DNA of 64,000 bases, taken from positions 21,452,001 through 21,516,000 of the forward strand of contig NW_027361696.1 of the NCBI RefSeq assembly GCF_039654945.1, given 5' to 3'. Under the pieces are notes generated by a model. The model saw only the letters and a program-made list of their open reading frames with translations. It made no database searches and was not told where the DNA came from. Below are positions 34,453-59,900 of the stretch, in pieces (the first letter of the stretch is position 1; every line of letters starts with the position of its first letter). The stretch comes from Dendrobates tinctorius. Taxonomy: Eukaryota. A program made the position numbers and the translations under genes.

Positions 34453-36469
34453 ATGGATATCACCATCCATCACCCCTGGATGCGCCGGCCTCTCATGGCT
34501 CAGCCGCTCTTCCCCAGCCGCATCCTGGGTCAGAGATTTGGAGAAGGGATCCTGGAGTCGGATCTGTTTGCATCTATGATCAGTCCGTATTATCTCCGCT
34601 CACCCAGCATTACCCCAGCGGAAGCGGGGCTGTCCGAGGTCTGCAAGCACTTGTGGGGTCACTGACTACAGGGTCCGACTGCGACCAATCTAGTGGATGA
34701 CGCACTGTTATGGGGGATAAAAAAAAGGAGCAGCCGACATCACATCAGATAATACTTAGGATGCACACTCAAAGTCCATAGAGCCAATTGGACAAAATAC
34801 AACAGAAAAAAGGAGCAGCAATGTTATGGGGGACCTGTGGATGACGCATTGTTATGGGCATTTGTGGATGATGCACTGTTATGGGGATCTGTGGATGACG
34901 CCCTGTTATGGGGATCTGTGGATGACGCACTGTTATGGGGGATCTGTGGATGACGCACTGTTATGGGGATCTGTGTGTGACACGCTGTTATGAGGGATCT
35001 GTGGATGACTCAGTTATGGGGGATCTGTGGATGACGCACTGTTATGAAGGATCTGTGGATGACGCACTGTTATGGGGATCTGTGGATGATGCACTCTTAT
35101 GGGGGATCTGTTGATGATGTACTGTTATGGGGATCTGTGGATGATGCAGTTATGGGGGATCTGTGGATGATGCACTGTTATGGGGATCTGTGGATGACGC
35201 AGTTATGGGTATTTGTGGATGATGCACTGTTATGGGGGATCTGTGGATGATGCACTGTTATGGGGATCTGTGGATGATGCACTGTTATGGGGGATCTGTG
35301 GATGATGCACTGTTATGGGGATCTGTGGATGATGCACTGTTATGGGGGATCTGTGGATGACGCACGGTTATGGGAATCTGTGGATGACGCCCTGTTATGG
35401 GGGATCTGTGGATGACGCACGGTTACGGGGATCTGTGTATAACGCACTGTTATGGGGATCTGTGTGTGACCCGCTGTTATGAGGGATCTGTGGATGACTC
35501 AGTTATGGGGGATCTGTGGATGACGCACTGTTATGAAGGATCTGTGGATGATGCACTGTTATGGGGATGATGCACTCTTATGGGGGATTTGTTGATGTAC
35601 TGTTATGGGGATCTGTGGATGATGCAATTATGGGGGATCTGTGGATGACTCACTGTTATGGGGGATCTGTGGATGATGCGCTGTTATGGGGGATCTGTGG
35701 ATGACGCGCTGTTATGGGGGATCTGTGTGTGATACACTGTTATGGGGGATTTATGGATGATGCACTGTTATGGGGGATTTGTGGATGACACTGTTATGGG
35801 GGATGTGTAGATGATGCACTGTTATGGGGACCTATGGATGACGCACTCTTATGGGGGGGTTTATGGATGACGCAGTTACTCCCACATATCACGACACCTA
35901 TCCTCCTCTGCACAGGTAACGCTGGATAAGGATCGGTTCTCGGTTCTTCTGGACGTGAAGCACTTCTCCCCGGAGGAGCTGACGGTGAAGGTGGTGGGAG
36001 ATTACGTGGAGGTTCACGCCCGGCACGAGGAGCGACAGGTAAGATTTTCGCTGACAATACAATCCCCATCATTGGCTCCTTGTTTTAGTGGGGTCCCCAA
36101 ATTGCCCCATTATCCTCGGCTGGTGGAGACTAATGATGATCATGTCCTGACATCACAGCTGAATCTTTGTTAAAATGTAGACATTCCCTCGAGAGCAGAA
36201 CTCTCGCTTCTCTCTGGACACCGATACAGTGTAACCAATCTTCAGCTGTGTTGCTGCCATATCCCTGAGCACTAACTGCCTCTTCTGTCTCGCAGGATGA
36301 ACACGGTTTCATCTCCCGGGAGTTTCACCGCCGCTACAAGGTCCCTGCGATGGTCAACCCTGCTGCAATAAGTTCTGCTCTCTCTGCGGAAGGTCTGCTC
36401 TCCATCCAAGCCCCCGTCACAGACAGCAGCAAGACGGAGGAGAGGAGCATACCCATCGCCAGGCAGTGA
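34453..36469 (+). CDS. HSPB6: Small heat shock protein HSPB6 (Hsp20, alpha-crystallin family, 160 aa)
   Basis: Exons 34453-34638, 35916-36038 and 36296-36469, all phase 0. [48 protein letters not shown]. The name is assigned from adjacency to PSENEN/LIN37/PROSER3; the termini resemble alphaB-crystallin. Confidence 0.8.
34693..35878. repeat. ~28-29-bp minisatellite filling HSPB6 intron 1
   Basis: GATCTGTGGATGATGCACTGTTATGGGG(G) units, with a ~100-bp unrelated insert at ~34718-34820. Confidence 0.92.
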
Positions 36470-36961
36470 GCCCCACAGGCTGCACCAACATTTAGGGCAC
36501 CAGCGCCTTCTAGTGGTCAAAAGTGTGTTTGCACCCCAAATTAACAGATGCCCTCACCCCTGTGGCTTTAATAGTTTGTTTATATACGGCAGCTAGAACA
36601 TCCCAGCGTGCTTTACATACACAGCTGCCATGTATGACCACAGTCGTTCCCCGGCCAAACATGGAGGCAGTGGAGAAAGCTTTACTGACCGATATCCGGT
36701 GAAGAAGTAAATTAAAGGGGTCGTCCGGGACTAAATTTGTAATAATTTTATATCCTAATGTTACTCAGTTTGCTATTAGTTGTGACACAATCCGGGAAGG
36801 GGCAATAATGGCCGGTGATGGTGCTGCCAGCCGCCATCTTGGTACTCCCGAGAGACCTGGCCACCCGGTGGACTTTATGCCTTTCACAAACACTGCAGTA
36901 TCAAGGTAGAGCGATAAGAAGACCCCTTAAGGGAAATTGAGAAATAAAATGTAATAATATA

Positions 36962-37227
36962 CAGTGGGTACGGAAAGTATTCAGCTCAAAAGGGTGCGTC
37001 TACTCAGTACTGAGCAAAGGGTCTGAATACTTATGACCATGTGATATTTTGGTTTTTCCTTTTTAGTAAATTTGTAAACATTTCTGTTTTGTTTCTGTCA
37101 AGATGGGGTGTAGAGTGTACATTAATGAGAAAAAAAAAAAAATGAACTTTTTTGAATTTACCAAATGGCTGCAATGAAACGAGGAGTGAAAAGCTTAAGG
37201 GGGCCTGAATACTTTCCATACCCACTG
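36962..37227 (+). mobile_element. Tc1 deletion derivative (same family as 1508-4527)
   Basis: TA|CAGTGGGTACGGAAAGTATTCAG fused directly to the transposase end and a full right TIR ...CCCACTG|TA. Confidence 0.8.
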
Positions 37228-37906
37228 TATACCTTATATAATATATAAAAATATTTAAAAAAACATTTTTAAAACTTAAAAACCAAAATTTGCTCATAGA
37301 AATAAAATTAAATCATTAATTGTCACCACTCCCGTAAAAGTCCAATGGGTGAAAAAGGAAAAACGTCATAAAGATTGAAATGCCAAAACAATTGCATCGC
37401 ACCCCCCAAAAGAAAAAAATGTTGTAAGAAGCGATCAAACATTCATATGTACCCCAAACCGGTATCAATAAAAACTACATCTGGGCACAGAAAAAAAAAA
37501 CCTTACACAGCGATAATAAAGTTACGGGAGGAGGGAAAACAAAAGTGCAAAACTTCCAACTTAAGGGATCAAATTCTGAAAGATATACTTAGTCCTGGAT
37601 GATCTCTTTAATACCCCGTATTCAGTTTCCATACTGTCACAGTAGCGCTTAGCGGGGGGCCGTTGGAAATAAAGGTGTAAAAATACCGCCAAAGCTCCAA
37701 AGTGGTGAGAAATAAATGGTTAATCACACCGGAGTCATTTTCTTCTTTAGTGGATCACCTTCGCGATTTAGATCAAGGAAGGATGACAGCGCCCCCCGGT
37801 GGTGAACACAGGAATGAAGGCGGCTCTACATGGATCTCCATCAGGATCTGGGCCGGTGCTGGCCACAATGATCCGTGCACCATACTTGGCCCAAATGTCC
37901 CACTTA

Positions 37907-38335
37907 GGCTGCTTTCACACATCCGGCTTTTTGAATCCGGCACGATGCGGCGAAAAGTGTGAAAACCGGATCCGGAATTGGATCCGGTTTTGGCACATAG
38001 AATTTAATGATCGCCGCATCGTGCCAAATGGACATGCGGCACCTCCGTTTTTAGCCAGAAGTGTAAAATCTGCGTCGTCCGGCGTCAGCAAAAAACGTTG
38101 CCTGCAACGTTTTTTTGCAGCGCCTGAACGGCTTTTTCAACAGTGCATGCGCAGACACTGTGAGGTTTAACCCACAAGTGCCCGGCGCGCACCTCTCTCC
38201 CCCCCGGTGCGGCTCCTTTAAAATGCTTTCCAACCGGATCAGGCATCGCATCTGCATCCGGTGTCACCGCTGCAGGCCTGATCCGGCGATACGGCTTTTC
38301 ACCGCACCCCTGACGCCGCATGTGTGAAAGCAGCC
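37907..38335. mobile_element. Harbinger-type MITE
   Basis: GGCTGCTTTCACACAT...ATGTGTGAAAGCAGCC with TTA TSD. Confidence 0.8.
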
Positions 38336-38921
38336 TTATCGTAATCCACATCGCAGAACCACTGAGAAAGACTCAAGAACCTCAGACTCCAGGACGGTCA
38401 GATTCAGTACTTTATCACATTCAATACGAATTAGGAGAAAACCAATAAAATAACACAAGACAGAGCTAGGGGATAACTCCTAAACTTGTGACTACCCCTT
38501 TAAGGGGGTCATCCATTACCTTCTTATTGATTCCAGTCTGCTGCTCTAAATAAAATTAAAAAAAGCCATCTTTACTTCCCCGGATAGGTGCCGCCTCTTG
38601 GCGGCCTCGTCTTGTTACGTGACCACCGCCGTATTCCCTCTTCGGTCAATGCAGTTGAAAGTCCCCACTGACAGAATAGGGAAGGGCTGACGATCTGATC
38701 GGCTGCAGCGGTCACCCGAGTGGTGGGAGACACAGCCCTGGACCGGGGATGGTAACCATTTAAGATTTTGCACAGCAGATTAGAATAGGTAAAAGAATCC
38801 AAAAGTTTAGAAATAAAATGTTGAAGTTCCACATTATGGCTGCAGCGGCCGGATTCAGATCCCCATCTTCTCCTCCAATGATGGCATCGAGCGATGGACC
38901 GTCAAAGCTGCGGCTGCTGCG

Positions 38922-51798
<12,877 letters not shown>

Positions 51799-52289
51799 GG
51801 TGGCCGGCAGCGCTAGTCCCGGGGTGTCAGATTCTACAAAGGAGTAACAAGAACAATGTAAATATCTGAAGACGACAACTGTAACAAGAAGATTCTCCAG
51901 ATTCTCCACAAAAAGTCTCTTGTGACTGATCCCCTTCAGGAGCAGCGTCTTCAGTATTTCGTAGACCCCTCTGGCTGTTATAACCTGCTGCACACGTGAC
52001 ATCACCAGACACCAGCTTGTGGCAGCTCCTGAGGAATCTGAGCCCAGTCCTCATAGGCGATAGCCTCAAGGTCACTAATATTCTTAGGTCTACAGCCTTC
52101 TTCACACCTCACCAGTTATTTTTTTGATGGTGTTAAAGTTAAGTGACTGACGGTGGCTCCGAAATCTTCCATGACGCCTTCTAGCACCAAACCTTGATTG
52201 TGAGTTGCTGGGATCATTGTCCAGATGGAAAGTTCAATTACCTCAGAGCGTCAGCCCCGGACTCTCCAGGTCTCCGTTACCGAGTCCGA

Positions 52290-52680
52290 CTGAACTCACC
52301 TTAAAATCCGCTCCTATACTAGCCACGCCTTCCGCCCCTCCATTTGTTGGCCCTTACTTCCAGACATAACTATTGGTTGTCATATGTGCACATCACAGCA
52401 ATTCAGCCAATCAGAGGTGTGTACACCACGTTACGGCTGGAGTACGTAATGACGTAATAGACGCAATATTATGCTGAAGGCATGACGGGGAATGTAGTTC
52501 ATTCTAACCTTTGTGAGAGACGTGGCCTCCCAGAATTCTCTGCGGCGAGGTGATAGTTGCTAAGGTGACCCGCGGCCGGAAACGGCGGGAGGTTCGAGTG
52601 CAGGCGAGAGCGAAGGGCAGCGGTGCAGGCAGGCGGCGGATGTCAGCGCGTCACATCCCGGACCCGACACTTCCTCCCGG
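52290..52680. promoter_or_regulatory. Bidirectional promoter LIN37/PROSER3
   Basis: GC boxes ~52323-52338, ATTGG at 52372, CCAAT at 52407, TGACGTAA at 52450, reverse ZNF143-like GGGGAATGTAGT ~52487-52498, CCGGAA at 52577; CpG-rich. Confidence 0.65.
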
Positions 52681-52784
52681 TATTTATCAGCTTCGCTTAT
52701 TGCTGCTTCTTTTCCGTTACAAGGTTAAAAGCGTCTGTCTGTTGTCACTAAACGTCAACCTGCGAGCTGATCTCTGAGTGACCG

Positions 52785-53750
52785 CTGATTGTCTGCAGCG
52801 GTATCATCATAGCCATCGTGCTGCTGACAATCACTGCTATCTACAAAGCTGCCGAGCTCAGAGATTGGCTGCAGCGGTGACGTCACAGTGCTGCTGACAA
52901 TCATTGCTGTCTACAGAGCTGCGGAGGTCAGTGATTGGCTGCACTGGTGTCATTATAGCGATAGTGCTGCCTACAATCACTGCTGTCTACAGAGATCCTG
53001 GATTGGCTGCAGTGTTCACAAGATGGTGCTGCAGACAATCACTGCTGTCTACAGAGATCCTGGATTGGCTGCAATGTTCACAAGATGGTGCTGCAGACAA
53101 TCACTGCTGTCTATAGCACCACAGGTCTTCAGGATTGGCTGCAGTGTTAACATGCTGGTGGTGCAGACACTCGATGCGGTCTACAGAGCTCCTTGATTGG
53201 CTGCAGTGTTCACAAGATGGTGCTGCAGACAATCACTGCTGTCTATAGCACCACAGATCTCCAGGATTGGCTGCAGTGTTAACATGCTGGCGGTGCAGAC
53301 ACTTGATGCTGTCTACAGAGCTCCTAGATTGGCTGCAGTGTCCACAAGATGGTGCTGCAGACAATCACTGCTGTCTATAGCACCACAGATCTCCAGGATT
53401 GGCTGCAGTGTTAATATGCTGGCGGGGCAGACACTCGATGCGGTCTACAGAGCTCCTTGATTGGCTGCAGTGTTCACAAGATGGTGCTGCAGACAATCAC
53501 TGCTGTCTATAGAACCACAGAGCCCCAGGATTGGCTGAAATGTTCACATGATGGAGGTGCAGACACTCGCAGTTGTCTACAGAGCTTTGAAGCTCAGTAG
53601 TTGTCTGCAGCAGTGACTTGATGGCGATAATGATGCAGGAATTGCTTTCTGCTATGGAGCTCAGGGATTGTCTGCAGCGTTGACAACGTAGCGCTAGCGT
53701 TGCAGATAATCATTGCCTTCTTAACATGACGTCACCGCTGCAGACAATCC
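52785..53750. repeat. ~60-bp (123-bp dimer) tandem repeat
   Basis: GATTGGCTGCAGTGTTCACAAGATGGTGCTGCAGACAATCACTGCTGTCTACAGAG units. Confidence 0.88.
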
Positions 53751-53915
53751 CTGTGATGTGGCACATCTTTCTGTGTAATGGCCGTGTTAGTTGTCACCCA
53801 ATTTTCCAATGTTTATTAGAAGAACTGACTCGTGTCCTCCTGATGATGATAATATTTTCTTGCAGAGATTTGAGGAATCGGGAAGGAAGGAGAACACTGC
53901 AGGGGTCCGACCACA

Positions 53916-56900
53916 ATGGAGAGCAGGTACACTGCGTCCCCGGATCAGCCCTCCCACACCTGCTGCTCATTAATGACACTCTGCCACAATGCTGCTCACT
54001 GTCAGGGGACCCCCATCTCGCCTCAATAGCTGGGGAGCTGCAGTACCATGTTTCCCTCTAGGGGGCGCTGGGGATATTACTTCCCTATGGATGCATAACC
54101 CCGGCTCCCGGTCACACACGTCTCAGAGCAGAGCGCCTCCCACTGGTGCTCATGTTCCGGTTCCGTGTGATCGTGCACTTGCCTTTTTCATCTCTTCTTT
54201 TGTCCGTGTACCTGAGACTGGAAGCCGATCCGCAGCCTTAATAATGAATGAGCCCCGGGCGGCTGTCACCGATACTGCATTTTCCAGGCTGCAAGTTTTA
54301 TCCATCGCCTCTTTGTACTGATATAATATAAAAAGCTATAATGATGGCGTGTGATATACAGTGACATGTAAAAGTCTGTGCACCCCTGGTCACAATTCCT
54401 GTTATTGTGACCAGTGAAACAAGTTGAAGATGAAATGATCTAAAAGGCCTAAAGTTACAGATGACACATTTCCTTAGTATTTTAGGCCCCATAAAAATAA
54501 TTTCATCTTTTACATTTTAAAAATTACAAAAAGGAAAATGTACCAATTCAAAATGTTGTGCACCCTGCATGGTCAGTACCTAGTAGCACCCCTTTTTGAA
54601 AGTATTATAGCTTGTAAATGCTTTTTGTAGCCAGACAAGAGTCTTTCAATTCTTGTTTGAGGGACTTTCCTCTGTTCTTCCTTGGAGAATTACTCCAGTT
54701 CTGGGAGATTCCTGGGCCGTCTTGCATCCTCTGAAAATCTGCGGAGAGACCTGAAAATAGCAATGATGATCGGATCAGGGGACTGTGAGCGCAATTATAA
54801 AACCTTCAGCTTCCGCCTTTTGAGGCCGCCTATTGTGGATTGTGACGTGCATTTAGGATCATTATCCATTTGTAGAAGCCATCCTCTTCCGCTCCTCACC
54901 TTCAGCTTCTTTACAGATGTGTTATGTTTGCATCAAGAATTTGTTGAAATATTATTGAATCCATTCTTCCCTCTACCCATGAAATGTTCCCCGTGTCATT
55001 GACTGCAACACAATCCCAAAGTATGATTGATCCTCCCCCATGCTTAATGGTTGGCGTTATGTTCTTTTCCTGAAATTCTGTGCCCTATTTCTCCACACAT
55101 ATCTGTGATCATTGTGGCCACAGAGATCTATTTTACCCTCATAGGTCCACAAGACTTATTTCCAATATGCATCAGTGTTATTTAGATGTTCTTTTGCATA
55201 CTTCTGACACTGAATTTTATAGTGAGGAAACAGGAGAGGTTTTCTTCTGATGACTCTTCGATGAAGGCTATATTTGTGCAGGGAAGAAACAAAAACAAAA
55301 AAAAGTGCACTCTGTAGTGCCAAACCAGGTCAATATGAAATATAAATAGCTATATGGCTTCTGGATACCAGGAAAAAGCTGAGGCGCTTAGCATATAATT
55401 TGGCTAATTCATGCATGCCCAGCAACCAACGACTAGGCGTTTTTTTTTGTTTGTTTTTGTTTTTATTGTATGTGGAGGTAGCTGCTCCTAGAATGCACCT
55501 GTTCACATTGGCTTGGAAGTGCCAGTCACTCTTTCGTAATATATTTGTTCTACTGTTCGGAAACCCCTGCACAATGTACCACAACTCCAGTCTGATAAAT
55601 CTTTCTGAAGGTCTTGTGCAGTCAAGCGGGTGTTCTGATTTGCCTTTTTACCAATCCTAAGAGTAGCTCTCCCTGAAATTCTGTTTGGTCTTCCAGACCT
55701 TATCTTGACCTTCACTGTTCCTGGTAACGACCATTTCTTAATTACATTTTGAACGGAGGAAAGGGCAACTTGAAAACGCTTTGCCATCTCCTTTTAGCCT
55801 TCTCCTGCTTTGTGGTCTCCACCGTTTTCGGAGTGTTCGACAGCGGCTTAGAAGAACCCGTGGCTGCTGGCTTTTAGCACAAGGTTAGAGGAGGCTGGGT
55901 ATTTATAAAGCTGGGCAATTTGTATCACCTTGCCTTTCAGAACGATGATTGTTAACGAACCATAACCTTAACAGGCAACTTGAGGTCTGAAACCTTGGTC
56001 AAAGTTATCTGAGCACACAAATCTCCAAGGTGCACAAACTTTAGCATCGGACCATTTTCCTTTTTACTCTTCGCCACGACAGCACCCACTGGAGGTATCG
56101 GATCCGCCCATTTGGAACAGGAAACCCTACAGGAAAGATAAAAGGGCGGTCCGCCTTTCCTCCTCAGCTTTGGTTTCCTGTTCCAAATGGAGCAGGATCC
56201 TGCAGGATCTTACCTGGGCCATGCATCCGCCTGTGCGGTCTCCTCGGGAACGGCAGGGGCTGCGGTCCGGAAGCAGCGTCGGGGGAGATTCCGTTTGACG
56301 GCTCCCCCCTCGTCTGGTGGCATAACGGTGATGTCCGGGGAGGGCCGCCCGGTCTTACCAGGGAGCGGGCCGGTCCGGCATCCGGAGGCAGAACTGCCCG
56401 CAGGAGCGAGGCAGCAGAAACTAGATCCAGACCGTCTCAGCCATCCGACCCGGTATTAAGCTTCACTGGGTGAGTGTGCAAAGTATATACTCTACCTATT
56501 AAGCTAACCTCCTCCCCTCCCCCCCCCCCCTCTTTACCTTTGACCTCCCACTTCAGTCAAAGAAAAAAGAAAAAACTAAACATAAAGAATGCGCATTATG
56601 TTCAGAGCCTCTCCCTGACTCCTACCCCAAAAAACTCTGCAAACAATGCATGAAAGAGACCAGGCAGGGGTCGACGATATCTTCTAAAGATATCCGAGCC
56701 ATAATTAGGGAGGAAATACAAGCCATCAACCGCGCCAGCACTCCCTCAGAGTCCAGTCATAAGAAACAGGTCATTGTTAGTTCAGAGTCAGAGGAAGAAC
56801 AGGAGTTAAATTCAGGCTCCGCATTCACGTCCTCATCGTCATCCTCGGAGATGGAAGGACGCGCATGTTTTCCACTGGACAGCGTAGATAACCTAGTAAA

Positions 56901-59900
56901 AGCGGTTAGAAATACTATGGGGTGTGAAGAGGAAAGGGGAGCCCAAACCGCGCAGGACATTATGTTTGCGGGATTGGCAGAAAAAAAGAGGAGATCATTT
57001 CCGGTGATACCGGCAATTAAGGACCTCATCAAAAGAGAGTGGGAAAAACACGACCAGAGGGGTTTTCTCCCATCAGCCTCAAAACGGAAGTATCCGTTCA
57101 CTGATGAAGACCTATTGAAATGGACTAAAATACCAAAGGTGGATCCCGTCATAGCCTCCACTTCCAAACAGACCTCGATCCCGGTCGAGCACGCAGGATT
57201 GTTAGCAGACCCATTAGACCGAAAGGCAGAATCTTCGCTCAAAAGGTCCTGGGAGTCCACCACCGGGGTATTCAAACCCGCAATAGCCAGCACATGTACT
57301 GCTAGATCAATGCTGGAATGGCTAGATCAATTAGATCAGCAGATCGAGCAAAGAGTGTCAAGGGAGAAACTGCGTGCAGCCATCCCGTTGATAAGAGGTG
57401 CAGCTGCCTTTATGGCAGATGCTTCAGCGGACACCCTAAGACTGGCAGCGAGGTCGGCAGCCCTGGTGAATAACGCCAGACGTGCGCTGTGGATAAAAAG
57501 CTGGAAAGGGGACGCACAATCAAAATCCAAAATTAGTGCAACCCCATGCGAGGGTGAGTTCCTCTTCGGGAAAGCCTTAGACGAAATTCTCGCCAAGGCA
57601 AAAGAGAGGAAAAAGGCCTTCAGTGATTCTCCCATTCCGTTTTATAGGAAAACCTTTAAGAGACGGCCATTCGGGAGAAGAAGACAGTCGGACAGAACGA
57701 ATAGATGGGCCACGAAAGACGAAAAGCAGAAGGGTACCATCTTCAGAGGGCCAACTTATAGGAGAGATAAAAATTAAGAGTTTAGACCCACCAGTTGGGG
57801 GTGGATTAAAATTTTTTGTTACCAAATGGGAACAAATTACGTTAAGCCCATGTATTTTAAACATAATCAAGGAAGGAATAAAGATTGAATTCCTTCAGAT
57901 CCCTTATGAGTTCTTTGTTATAACGCGCCTTAATTCCTCAGTTCAGCAAAAGGCTCTCGAAGACGAGATTCGAGTCCTACTAGCTAAAAAAGTTTTAGTT
58001 GACGTCCCTGAGGAACAAGAGGGTAGAGGCTTTTACTCTCCCCTGTTTTTGGTTTCTAAACCAGACGGTACGTTTAGAACCATTATTAATTTAAAGAAGC
58101 TTAATTCATTTATAAAAAATTATAACTTCAAAATGGAATCAATTAGATCCACTATAAAGCTTCTTTTCCCAAATTGCGTAATGGCAGGGATTGATTTAAA
58201 AGATGCTTATTATCATCTCCCTATTCACAATAGATTCCAGAAATACCTAAGAGTCGCAGTGGAAGTCGAGGGCAGGATTCGTCATTTCCAATACGCGGCC
58301 ATGCCCTTCGGGCTTTCCACGGCACCAAGGATATTTACCAAGGTGATGGCAGAAGTGATGGCCTACCTTCGCCAAAGGGACACACTGATTGTGCCGTATT
58401 TAGACGACTTCCTAATAATTGGGAATTCAGTCAAACAATGTACCGAACGCGTGACTGACGCAATCTCCTCTTTTCAGAGCCTTGGCTGGATCATCAATAT
58501 CCAAAAGTCCAGACTCGATCCACAATCTCTCCAGACATTTCTAGGATTTCAACTAGATTCCTTGACCCAGAGATGTCTACTACCTCAGGTAAAAATCACC
58601 CTCACGAAACAAAAAATACGAGCAGCTATCGATAGACCACGTGTGTCCTTGAGAGGAGCAATGTCACTATTAGGATCACTAAATTCTTGCACCCCGGCAG
58701 TCCGGTGGGCCCAGTACCATGTCCGTACACTACAACACCAGATCCTCCAAGAGGATAAGCGACATAGTGGTCATTTACAGAGCAAAATAACCCTGTCACA
58801 AGAAGTCTTGACTTCTCTAGAGTGGTGGTTAGATGATGACCATTTATGTTCAGGAGTTCCATGGGTTATAGTTCCATCCTGTATCGTAACCACCGATGCC
58901 AGTCCCCAGGGCTGGGGAGCCCACATGGAGAATGGGTTTCATCAGGGAAGGTGGAATAGAGAGGAATGCGAGTACTCATCCAATTTAAAAAACTGACTGC
59001 AGTGTTCTATGCTCTATACAACTTCCTTCCGCAGCTCCAACAGAAGCATGTCAGGATCCTATCGGACAACACCACCACAGTGGCCTATATAAACAGACAA
59101 GGAGGGACTCGATCAGAGACCCTGATGTCTTCAGCGGCAAGAATTTTAAACTTAGCAGAAAACTATTTTTTGTCCCTCTCGGCCCTTCATATCAGAGGCG
59201 AGAGCAATCAAAAGGCAGACTTCCTAAGCCGACACACTCTACGGCAAGGAGAGTTGTGCCTCAATCAGAAGGTCTTCAGGGACATAGTAGCCCTATGGGG
59301 ACAACCCGAGGTGGACCTTTTCGCCACAAAGGAGAACAGGCAGATAAAAACATTTGCCTCCCTATCTCCATCAGATCACCCAGACATACTAGACGCCTTT
59401 CTAGCTCCGTGGACTTTCAACCTGGCGTATGCGTTCCCTCCATTGATCCTCCTACCTCAAGTAATTCGGAAGATCAGAGACGACAAAGCAAGGATAATCT
59501 TAATAGCACCGTTCTGGCCAAAAAGACCGTGGTTTTCGTGGCTGCAGATTATGTCAATAACAGATCCTTGGGTCCTTCCTTCGACTCCCAACCTACTCTC
59601 CCAAGGCCCCTTTTTCCACCCTCAAGTGCTCAGCTTGCACTTGACGGCATGGAATTTGAGAGGCAGTTATTGAGGACAAGAGGATTCTCTGAATCTTTAA
59701 TTACTACACTACTACAAAGTAGAAAACAGTCCACAACCCAAATTTACACCAGAATATGGAAAAAATTTCTTCAATTCCATACAGTACCTCATACAGCAGA
59801 AGTTCCGATAATCCCAATCTTGGAATTTCTGCAGAAAGGGAAAGACTTAGGCTTAGCAGTAAATACGCTAAGAGTACAAATATCGGCATTAGGAGCACTA

